Shown here piece after piece: positions 45,107 to 53,086 of a stretch of DNA of 64,000 nt. The stretch's first letter is position 1. Every line of letters starts with the position of its first letter. Below the pieces are notes generated by a model. That model did no database searches. It was given only the letters and a program-made list of their open reading frames with translations, and was not told the origin of the DNA. The DNA comes from Planctomycetota bacterium (GTDB taxonomy: Bacteria; Planctomycetota; UBA1135): contig SHNF01000006.1 in assembly GCA_004295085.1 (NCBI GenBank), positions 93,818-157,817 of the forward strand, given 5' to 3'. The position numbers and the translations under genes are program-made.

Positions 45107-45389
45107 CTCCCGGTTTTCGCGCGCGCGGCAGACCTGCGGCCAGAACGCTGCCCGCGCAGCGCCAGTTCAGCTGTAAGTCCATGCCGGAAAATGGGATCCA
45201 CACGGCCGCGTGACCGCCACCCGCGCGCCTCCCATCCGGCTTGCATCCTGAGCCCTGAGCGCTAAGGTGGACATTGCTTCGCGCCCGCTCATTCCCGTAT
45301 CCCGCTCGACGCGCTCCGCTTCTTCGTGTGCGTGTGGCCTCCGAGAAGACTTTCGTTCATTCCTCCAGACCTTCCCTGGGACAAGGACC

Positions 45390-46007
45390 ATGACACCCCT
45401 GGACGAGGACCCTCAGCCGCCGGACGCGGCGCACACCCCCAAGGTCAACGCCGCGCAGCAGTGGGCGGAGGCGCGCTCGGCGTTCCAGGCCTTTGGCGCA
45501 TTGCCCCCGGACCAGCGTCCACGTCACGCGGGTCTCCTCCTGCAGCCCATGGCGGCGTGGATCCTCGAGGGGATCCAGCAGGCTTCACGCCGCTACTACC
45601 TGCTCGTGCCCGGCGAGGCCGCATTCGCCCGCCTGTTCGCGCAGCTGACCAGTCTCGAACAATTGCCGGACCAGTCGGAGGACTTCCTGGCCTGGATCGA
45701 GACGCGCCTGCTCCGCGACCTCGGCGCGCTGATCCAGGAAGCTCAGCACGCGCCCGGCAGCGCCTCCGAGCCGCCTCCCGCCCTGATCGAGCGCTTCAAC
45801 CGCCTGCCGTTCCGGTGGCGCGCGCTGCTCTACCTCTTCCTGGTGGAGCGCCAGAGCCTGCCCGACCTCGCGCAGCAGCTCCAGCTGCCGCAGCTCGCGG
45901 CCGCACGTGCCGTGCGCCGCGCCTGGCACAAGGTCGCCGGCCCCGATCCTCCTCCAAGCCTCCCTTCCGCCTGGCAGCGTCCCGACGCGCTGCCGGAGGA
46001 TCCGTGA
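45390..46007 (+). CDS. Highly divergent sigma-70/ECF-like protein
   Basis: Region-4-like LPFRWRALLYLFLVERQSLPDLAQQLQLPQLAAARAVRRAWHKV and region-2-like EDFLAWIETRLLRDLGALIQE. The start was taken at MTPLDED. Confidence 0.45.
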   Translation: MTPLDEDPQPPDAAHTPKVNAAQQWAEARSAFQAFGALPPDQRPRHAGLLLQPMAAWILEGIQQASRRYYLLVPGEAAFARLFAQLTSLEQLPDQSEDFLAWIETRLLRDLGALIQEAQHAPGSASEPPPALIERFNRLPFRWRALLYLFLVERQSLPDLAQQLQLPQLAAARAVRRAWHKVAGPDPPPSLPSAWQRPDALPEDP

Positions 46008-46825
46008 CCTCGTCCCTGGCGACTCCGGCCATCTCCTATCGCCTGCTCCGCCGCGCCGTCGGAGCCTACGGCGACGAAGTCCTCGCCCATCTCGGCTCCC
46101 TGTTCCTGCGCGCCGCGGTCCTGGCGCGGATGCACATCCGCGACGGCAACATCTACGAGCCGGACCCCAGCCTGATCGAGCCGGACGCACAGCGCCTCCG
46201 CGTGCGCCTGCGCTCCCTGTGGCGGGAGGCGCTCGAGCTTCCAGCCGGTGCCGGCTCCGTCTTCCGCGAGCTGCAGCACGCCGAACTCTCCCCATCCGCC
46301 GCCTCCGGTCGCCTCGACTGGAACGACGCCCTGAGTATGGCGCGCATGTCCGTCGCCCTGCGCCCCAACGACCCACACGCCCGCATCGCCCTCTTCATCA
46401 ACCTCTTCCGAAACAGCAACTTGCGCGAAGCGGCAGCTCAGTTGTCCGCCATCCGTATGCCGGAACAGTATGGTCCTGTACTGCACGCACGCGTCCTTTG
46501 GAATCGCGCGGGACCCGTGGAATATGAAGGCGATACCAAGAGTGCAGTAGCGTTGCTTCGACGCTGCCTGGAACTTGATCCGACGAATCCGTCCTACCGC
46601 AGAGACTACCTGGCCTATGCGTTGGCTTCCGGACACGAGGAAACCGCCCTACGTGCGCTGTCATGTGTGAGGTCTGTATCCGGTCCGCATGTGATCACTG
46701 AAGACGTGAAGAGCTTTCTCCAGCGCGAGCAAGCGCCGGTCACCCGGATGCTGGGTCGCAATCAAGATCTGATGCGCTCTCTGAATCGTGCGCTGGACCG
46801 CCGACCCGCGGCGGCAATGATCTGA
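46004..46825 (+). CDS. TPR-like helical-repeat protein, translationally coupled to the sigma-like gene
   Basis: A GTG start overlaps the sigma-like stop (GTGA at 46004-46007). The C-terminal ALLRRCLELDPTNPSYRRDYLAYALASGHEETALRAL is TPR-like. No TM segment seen. Confidence 0.5.
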   Translation: MTSSLATPAISYRLLRRAVGAYGDEVLAHLGSLFLRAAVLARMHIRDGNIYEPDPSLIEPDAQRLRVRLRSLWREALELPAGAGSVFRELQHAELSPSAASGRLDWNDALSMARMSVALRPNDPHARIALFINLFRNSNLREAAAQLSAIRMPEQYGPVLHARVLWNRAGPVEYEGDTKSAVALLRRCLELDPTNPSYRRDYLAYALASGHEETALRALSCVRSVSGPHVITEDVKSFLQREQAPVTRMLGRNQDLMRSLNRALDRRPAAAMI

Positions 46826-47038
46826 ATGAGAGACCACCTGAGCTGCTCAAGCTACATCGCAGCTCGGTTTATCTCAATTCTGTTGGCTATCTTGATCTGC
46901 CTCACTATCTGTGTACAGCCATTAGTCGCGAGCGGGGGGTCCGGAAATGGAGGCAATGGTGGCACAAACGGCACATCTTCAAGCACCATTCGCCCGGCGG
47001 GTCATGAGACACCTGTAACCAGTGGCGGGGGCGGCTAG
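46826..47038 (+). CDS. 70-aa mini-protein: hydrophobic N-terminal helix plus Gly/Asn/Ser/Thr-rich tail
   Basis: The ATG directly abuts the upstream TGA (TGAATG). Sequence: MRDHLSCSSYIAARFISILLAILICLTICVQPLVASGGSGNGGNGGTNGTSSSTIRPAGHETPVTSGGGG. It lies at the GC minimum of the window. Confidence 0.4.
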   Translation: MRDHLSCSSYIAARFISILLAILICLTICVQPLVASGGSGNGGNGGTNGTSSSTIRPAGHETPVTSGGGG

Positions 47039-47164
47039 CATGCGACCGTCTCGTTGTTGGTACACGTCCAATCGCGTACTGAATAATGAATGCGATGCGG
47101 CCGGCAAGCCATCGGCGCCCGAACACCTCAACTCCTTAGCACTGTCACCTAAGAGGCCTTGAGG

Positions 47165-50100
47165 GTGCGCAGAACGACACTTGCGGGATTGCTGGTTGCC
47201 GTGATGGCTGTAGGATTGGTGTATCTATTCGTTTCGGTGGCGCACGATGATAATCAGCGAATACGGCAGGACGAGATCATCCCGTTGGACAGAGAGGCCT
47301 TGTCTTCGCTTAATGACCGAACCAGTCACAAAGAGGTTGCTGGCGGGGACACGAAGTCGATCGAGGAAGCACTTGTCGTGCCCTCTTCTCCAGTTGAAAC
47401 TGGCAGAGACGTGGTCACGACGGATTGGCAGCTTTTCGTCATCGATCCTGCAGGTATGCCAGTTGAGGCTGCGATGGAAGTGTGGCCCATAACACAAGAG
47501 CTGATTCAGGTGCTAGAACAAGATGCCGCTGTGGATGCAGAGATTATCAGGCATGTGATTGATGAAATGATTCTGAAAGCGGATGCTGGAAGGGTTGACT
47601 TTTCGGAGGCGGTGAGTTCGGGTGAATACTTTGTCGTCGTCAAGGCTGAAGGCTTCGCGACTGTAGGCCAATTTCTTGAGGTTCCTCTCTCGGAGGAGAA
47701 GAAGCGCTGCGTCATGCAACCAACAAAACCTTTGACAGTCAAAGTCGAAGATGCAGGAGGAAGCCCAATAACGAACGTAGCAGTAGTCTTTGTTAACAAC
47801 AATCTTGATCCTGGTTTTCCAGCCCGTCCATGGCGGGAGCGGTTGGAACGGCGGTTCTTCCGTGAGAAGCTGTACACAGGGGGCGATGGGATCGCAAGTC
47901 TTGCGTGGCCTCTTGAGGAGGCAATGACCGTAACAACGGCAGGCAATACCCAGTTCTCCCGAGCGTTGCTGTATGAGGCCGTGATCGGAAGCGAGAATCG
48001 TCTCGTGGTGTATCCCTCGTTTTCAGTACATGGCACAGTTCTGGCGGAGAGTGGAGACCCGGTCCCATACGCATCGGTCGCCTTGTTCGCGGCTGACGCG
48101 GACGGACAGCGAATCGGTCAAGGAGAAGCGGTTGCCGACGCGGACGGTACATACGTCATTGCGGACGGGAGCACCAGAGCAACGGCTCTGCGATGTCAAG
48201 CCTGGGCTGATGGATACGTGCCACAGCAGCGCATGGTCATCCGGCCGCAAGCGGGAGATGAGCTTCGCCTTGACTTCGTTCTTCGGAAGGGTGTGGCGGT
48301 CGAGTGCCTGCTTCAGGATCCAAATGGGTCATCTCTCGACGGAATACGCGTGCGCTTCGAGCGTGGAGAATCGGACTGGTTGCCCGGCCGGTACGAGAGT
48401 GATGTTAGCGGCAAATTCACGAGCGCGCCGAATCTCGTGCCGGCAACGCGGTACCTGATGCTCTGGTTGAGCGGTGACGTATGGCTCGAGAAGGTGCCGG
48501 TGGAAGTGCCGGCGGAGGAGCCGTATGCGGTGCGGGTGGTGGTGCCGCCGATGGCACGTATCCGCAAGGTTGTCGTGGAGGGCGGTCCGGAGTCCGATGT
48601 CGAGGTGGAGTTCTACTCCAGGGCCGGGATCTCCTGGGACTGGTTCCGCTGGGACGCTGCGCAGCCAAGCCCCTGGGTGCCCGCCGGCCCGGGTGTGCTG
48701 CGGGCGACGCTTCCGTCGGGACAGGTCCTGAGCTCGTCGCTGGACCTCGCCTCCGGTTGGAACGAGGAGATCCGGCTGGGTGCGGCCAAGGCGCGCCTGT
48801 CGTTCGAGCTGCCGCGGATGGACGGCATCGAGGAGTGGGAGGTGTCGCTCGAGCCCGAGCTGGGCGGAACGCCGTTGGTGCGGGCGCAGCGCCCCGGACG
48901 GCACAGTGTCACGGTCGCGGAGGGCTCCTATTATCTGAAGGCTGCCGCGGGAGGCAGCGAGCGGCTGTACCTGGGACCGTTCCGCGTGCCCGCGGAAGGC
49001 CTCGATCTCGGAACTCTCCTCCCGGAAGCCTTGTGCGCGGTTTCCGGCCGCGTGCTGGATGAGGAAGGGCGCCCGTGGCCCGGGATGCTGGTCAAGGCGG
49101 TGCGCGCCGACGGGATGGTGACGCCCGAGGTCTATACGGACAAGGCGGGAAAGTACGCGCTCACCGATCTGTCTGCGGGCAGGTACCGCGTGTGCATCCG
49201 GCCGTGGCAGTCCTGTCTCATCCGCTATCCGGACGTGGAGACCTGGATCATGCTGTCACCCGGCGAGACCAGGGCGGGCGTGGACTTCTCCATGGCGGCG
49301 GAAGGCAAGCTCCAGGGAGAGCTGCGCCCGGCGCCTGAGCGCTTGTGGAACGCGTTCCGCCTTGCGCACGGGCACGTGGAGGTGATGATCGTTTCCGCAC
49401 GCGGAGCCTTTGTCCTGGGGGTGCCGCAGGTGCGGGAAACGGTCGGCGCGTTCAGCACCGGGCGCAACGAGTACCTCCTGGTTGCCGAGGAAGTGGATGC
49501 GGAGGCAACCAGTGTGCTGCTCGATCGAGGAGCGGTGCACAGCAAGGAGGTGCGATTCGTGGATCCTGCCGGGCAGCCGCTGGGCATGCTGAGATGCCGC
49601 ATGGAGATGAACGGACAGCTGCTGCCGGAGGAGGTGTATACGGACGGAGATGGGAAGGCGCGGCTGGGCGTCGGCGGCAGCGGAGATCCCGTGGTGGTGG
49701 TGGACGGCGCCGGTGTTGCGGGTGAGCGCGTGCCGTTCGCGAGCCTTCCGGAGCGCGGCGAGTACCGCGTCGCGGTCGCCGGCCAGAAAACCCTGGTGAA
49801 GCTGACCGATCGCACCGGTCTCCCGCTCCCGGGCGCGTCGTTGTCCTGTGCGCAGGCCGGCGTCCTGGGAGTGACCGACGGCAGGGGGGAATGCGTGCTG
49901 CACGGTCTGCGCCAGGATTCAGTCTTGCGTGCGGAGAAGGCGGGCTTCTGGGCGGCGGAGACACGGTTGCAGGCGAGCAACGTGCTGGTCCTGCGCCGCC
50001 CGTCGGCGCGCCTGGAGGTGCATGTGCCCGCGGGACTGGCCGCGGAGCGCGTGGCAGTGGAGCCGGAATTCGACCTCGGTTACGCGTGGTCGCCGGAAAT

Positions 50101-50269
50101 GGCCGCGGTGGCCGGCGAATCCGGGCTGTGGGCCGCCGATGGACTTCCGGAAGGCAGCTACCAGGTGAGCGCCTGGAACGCGCGCGGCGAGATCGTCACT
50201 GCGCCAGCGGGTGTGGAATGCGGTCCCGGAGCACCTGTGCGGCTGCGCCTGCTCCCGAAGCAGCCATAG
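47165..50269 (+). CDS. N-terminally membrane-anchored giant protein with multiple CarboxypepD_reg-like beta-sandwich repeats
   Basis: TM helix TLAGLLVAVMAVGLVYLFVSV. Repeats include VHGTVLAESGDPVPYASVALFAADADGQRIGQGEAVADADGTYVI and VSGRVLDEEGRPWPGMLVKAVRADG...TDKAGKYALTDLSAGRYRV. The GTG at 47165 has AAGAGG 8 nt upstream (the track starts at the TTG at 47159). Confidence 0.65.
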   Translation: MRRTTLAGLLVAVMAVGLVYLFVSVAHDDNQRIRQDEIIPLDREALSSLNDRTSHKEVAGGDTKSIEEALVVPSSPVETGRDVVTTDWQLFVIDPAGMPVEAAMEVWPITQELIQVLEQDAAVDAEIIRHVIDEMILKADAGRVDFSEAVSSGEYFVVVKAEGFATVGQFLEVPLSEEKKRCVMQPTKPLTVKVEDAGGSPITNVAVVFVNNNLDPGFPARPWRERLERRFFREKLYTGGDGIASLAWPLEEAMTVTTAGNTQFSRALLYEAVIGSENRLVVYPSFSVHGTVLAESGDPVPYASVALFAADADGQRIGQGEAVADADGTYVIADGSTRATALRCQAWADGYVPQQRMVIRPQAGDELRLDFVLRKGVAVECLLQDPNGSSLDGIRVRFERGESDWLPGRYESDVSGKFTSAPNLVPATRYLMLWLSGDVWLEKVPVEVPAEEPYAVRVVVPPMARIRKVVVEGGPESDVEVEFYSRAGISWDWFRWDAAQPSPWVPAGPGVLRATLPSGQVLSSSLDLASGWNEEIRLGAAKARLSFELPRMDGIEEWEVSLEPELGGTPLVRAQRPGRHSVTVAEGSYYLKAAAGGSERLYLGPFRVPAEGLDLGTLLPEALCAVSGRVLDEEGRPWPGMLVKAVRADGMVTPEVYTDKAGKYALTDLSAGRYRVCIRPWQSCLIRYPDVETWIMLSPGETRAGVDFSMAAEGKLQGELRPAPERLWNAFRLAHGHVEVMIVSARGAFVLGVPQVRETVGAFSTGRNEYLLVAEEVDAEATSVLLDRGAVHSKEVRFVDPAGQPLGMLRCRMEMNGQLLPEEVYTDGDGKARLGVGGSGDPVVVVDGAGVAGERVPFASLPERGEYRVAVAGQKTLVKLTDRTGLPLPGASLSCAQAGVLGVTDGRGECVLHGLRQDSVLRAEKAGFWAAETRLQASNVLVLRRPSARLEVHVPAGLAAERVAVEPEFDLGYAWSPEMAAVAGESGLWAADGLPEGSYQVSAWNARGEIVTAPAGVECGPGAPVRLRLLPKQP

Positions 50270-50293
50270 CGTCGCCCGCGCGGATGCGGTGCT

Positions 50294-51211
50294 CTAGTCG
50301 CAATGGATGCCTGAACCGTCCTTGCAGGTGCCGGAGGGCAGATAAACCACCTGTGTCCTGCCGGTCGGTGTCCAGATCCAGGTGTAGTTCATGGAGTTCG
50401 GATCCCAGACCAGGGTTTCACACCATTCCTCCTGCTTGATCTCCAGGATCTTGTTGCGCAAGCATACCTCACCGGAGCAGTTGTTCGGCAGGTCACTTGC
50501 ACCGATGACCTCCTTGATGTGCTTGCTCTTGGTGACTTTCAGCTTGCCGCCAAGCGTGGCCTCGACGTGAAACCCGAGACTCCTCAGCAGCCCGGCAGTC
50601 TCGCCGGTGACGCTGCCCTCGATCTCCTTTTCGGTGATCACCTCTTCGTCGATGGTCGTGCTCCCGAGCGACTTCCCGCCGATGTAGGCGGTGCAGCCCA
50701 ATGCCGGGGCGTCGTTCTCATTGACGCCATCGCCGAAATGGCCCGTGCAGTCCAATTCTCGCTGCCCATTCGCAGCGAGACGCCATTCACATTCATGCAG
50801 GCCGCTCGGGGTGGGTAGCAGGGACCCGAGGCCCACGATCCCGGAGAAGCGGTTCAAGCGGGTGTCGTAGTGGTCCGTGCTGTCGGCTCTCAGGCACCCA
50901 CAGCCCGCTTCCGTTTGATACTGGATGATGTGCATCGGGTAGTTCGGATGATCGATGAGCACTTCGAATCGAGTGCCCTTCGGGTAGTATCCGCGCCGGG
51001 CGCCGGAAGGAGCCGCAAACCTGGCGACGCCATCCCCATCCGTGAAGCGCGTATCGCCGGTTTCAGCGATGTAGATGCACGCCCCACCGATGGGGGCGAG
51101 GGTCGTATCGTCGCGGACCAGGAACTGGAGGTTGACGGTGTCGGCGAACGTCTGCGCCGGAAGCGCCGTGGAAGCCGCAGCCAGCACGAGAATTGCGATC
51201 AGGGTGCGCAT
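50294..51211 (-). CDS. Secreted Cys-rich hypothetical protein
   Basis: Signal peptide MRTLIAILVLAAASTALPAQT. An N-terminal beta-sandwich-like segment (LQFLVRDDTTLAPIGGACIYIAETGDTRFTDGDGVARF) and more than 10 Cys residues. GC is lower (about 53-60% on sampled lines) than the window average. Confidence 0.55.
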   Translation of the reverse strand: MRTLIAILVLAAASTALPAQTFADTVNLQFLVRDDTTLAPIGGACIYIAETGDTRFTDGDGVARFAAPSGARRGYYPKGTRFEVLIDHPNYPMHIIQYQTEAGCGCLRADSTDHYDTRLNRFSGIVGLGSLLPTPSGLHECEWRLAANGQRELDCTGHFGDGVNENDAPALGCTAYIGGKSLGSTTIDEEVITEKEIEGSVTGETAGLLRSLGFHVEATLGGKLKVTKSKHIKEVIGASDLPNNCSGEVCLRNKILEIKQEEWCETLVWDPNSMNYTWIWTPTGRTQVVYLPSGTCKDGSGIHCD

Positions 51212-51511
51212 GCTCTTGGCCTCGTGTGCAACGCGTGAGGGAGGTGAAGCGCCGGGACAATGCCCTGGCGCTCCACTCGACGAAGGACTCCCTTCCAGGC
51301 TGTCGCAGCATCGCCGGAAGCTCGAGGAGCACCGAGCTCCTCACGGGGACCGTAGCACCTTGCCCGAACCCATGTTGGAATAATCCGATGGAGCTTTCTT
51401 CCTCCTGCTTGCGCCCGAACGCGCGCTCCGCCGGACCGGAGCGGCCGGCCGAGCGCACGCGGCTTCCGATATGCCGGAGGCTGCGGCGTCACTAGAATCG
51501 CGCCGCAGGTC

Positions 51512-53086
51512 ATGGCGCAGTCACGGGCGTCCGCGAGCGCGAGCCGGCGCAACACCGCCGGACGCGAGATCCCGGCCGAGATCAACGGCCGGGCGGTGAT
51601 CCCGTTCGAGGGGGTGGGTGCGCGCCGGCCGCAAGGGCGCAAGGCCGCGCCGCCGATCCGAAGCTGCGCCGACTATCCGGAAGACGGGAACAAGGTCGTT
51701 GCAAGCTTGAAGGAAGCGTTGCGGCGCGCGGGGCTGCGCGACGGCATGACGCTCAGCACGCACCATCACTTCCGCAACGGCGACCTGGTGGGGAACATGC
51801 TGTTCCTGGCGGCCGCCGAGCTGGGCGTCAAGGACCTGCGCTGGTTCCCCAGCGCCTCCTTTCCCTGCCACGCGCCGCTGATCCCGCTGCTCGACAGCGG
51901 CGTCATCCACCACATCGAGGGCTCGATGAACGGGCCGCTCGGCGACTACTGCTCGCAAGGGAAGATGCGGGGGCTCGGGGTGCTGCGCAGCCATGGCGGG
52001 CGCTGGCAGGCCATCCAGGACGGAGAAGTGCATATCGACATTGCGGTGCTGGCGGCGCCGACGGCCGATTCCTTCGGCAATGCCACCGGCGACCGCGGGC
52101 CGAGCGCCTGCGGGCTGCTGGGCTTCGGCCTGGCCGACTCGCTCTACGCCGACCACGTGATCGTGGTCACCGACAACCTGGTGCCCTTTCCCTGCCTCCC
52201 CTGGCAGATCCAGGGCAACAACGTGGACCAGGTGGTGGTCGTGGACCAGGTCGGCATCCCGGAGAAGATCGTGAGCGGCACCACCGTGGTCACGAAGTCG
52301 CCGGACCGCCTGCTCATCGCCGAGCACGTGGCGCGCTTCGTGCGCGACGCCGGCATCCTGCGCCCGGGATGGTCGTTCCAGTCCGGCGCGGGCGGGATCC
52401 CGCTGGCCTTCGGCAACTTCGTGCGCGACATGATGATGGAGTCGGGAATCAAGGCGCGCTTCATCCGCGGCGGCAGCAACCTGTACCTGGTGAAGATGCT
52501 GGAAGAGGGACTGACCGACTACATCCTGGACGGGCAGACCTTCGACCTCGAGGGCGTGCGCAGCATGCGCGAGAACCCGGGGCACCAGGACACCAGCCCC
52601 TTCACCTCCTACAACTACCACGGCAAGGGCAACTTCGCCTCGCTGGTGGACGTGGTTCTGCTCGGCGCAACCGAGGTGGACACCGACTTCAACGCCAACG
52701 TGGTCACGCACAGCGACGGCCGCCTCCTGCACGGCATCGGCGGCTGGCAGAACTGCCTGTTCGGCAAGTGCACCGTGCTGGCGCTGCCGAGCGTCCGCGA
52801 CCGCATCCCCGTGATCGTGGATCGCGTCACCACCCTGTGCGGCCCCGGCGAGCTGGTCGACGTCGTCGCCACTGAGCACGGCCTCTGCATCAACCCGCGC
52901 CGCGGCGACCTGCTGGAGGCGGCGCGCAACACCGACGTGCCGATCCTGGACATCCACGAGCTCAAGCGCAAGGTGGACCGGCTCTGCGGGGGCCCGCCGG
53001 ACAAGCCCAGGCTCGGCGACGAGTTCGTGGCGGCCATCCAGTGGGTGGACGGCACCACCATCGACGGTGTCCGCCGCGTGCTCTAG
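51512..53086 (+). CDS. citF: Citrate lyase alpha subunit (citrate CoA-transferase)
   Basis: GREIPAEINGRAVIPFEG..., LKEALRRAGLRDGMTLSTHHHFRNGD, ...VLRSHGGR..., ...FQSGAGGI... and ...VTHSDGRLLHGIGG... are collinear with CitF. Confidence 0.85.
   Translation: MAQSRASASASRRNTAGREIPAEINGRAVIPFEGVGARRPQGRKAAPPIRSCADYPEDGNKVVASLKEALRRAGLRDGMTLSTHHHFRNGDLVGNMLFLAAAELGVKDLRWFPSASFPCHAPLIPLLDSGVIHHIEGSMNGPLGDYCSQGKMRGLGVLRSHGGRWQAIQDGEVHIDIAVLAAPTADSFGNATGDRGPSACGLLGFGLADSLYADHVIVVTDNLVPFPCLPWQIQGNNVDQVVVVDQVGIPEKIVSGTTVVTKSPDRLLIAEHVARFVRDAGILRPGWSFQSGAGGIPLAFGNFVRDMMMESGIKARFIRGGSNLYLVKMLEEGLTDYILDGQTFDLEGVRSMRENPGHQDTSPFTSYNYHGKGNFASLVDVVLLGATEVDTDFNANVVTHSDGRLLHGIGGWQNCLFGKCTVLALPSVRDRIPVIVDRVTTLCGPGELVDVVATEHGLCINPRRGDLLEAARNTDVPILDIHELKRKVDRLCGGPPDKPRLGDEFVAAIQWVDGTTIDGVRRVL

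Noticed and set aside
46826-47038. Interpreting the 70-aa ORF as a double-glycine-leader bacteriocin/microcin precursor
   Set aside because: The N-terminal 35 aa form a TM-like hydrophobic helix rather than an amphipathic GG-leader. No C39-peptidase ABC exporter or immunity gene is nearby. The idea is kept only as a minor alternative in the finding.
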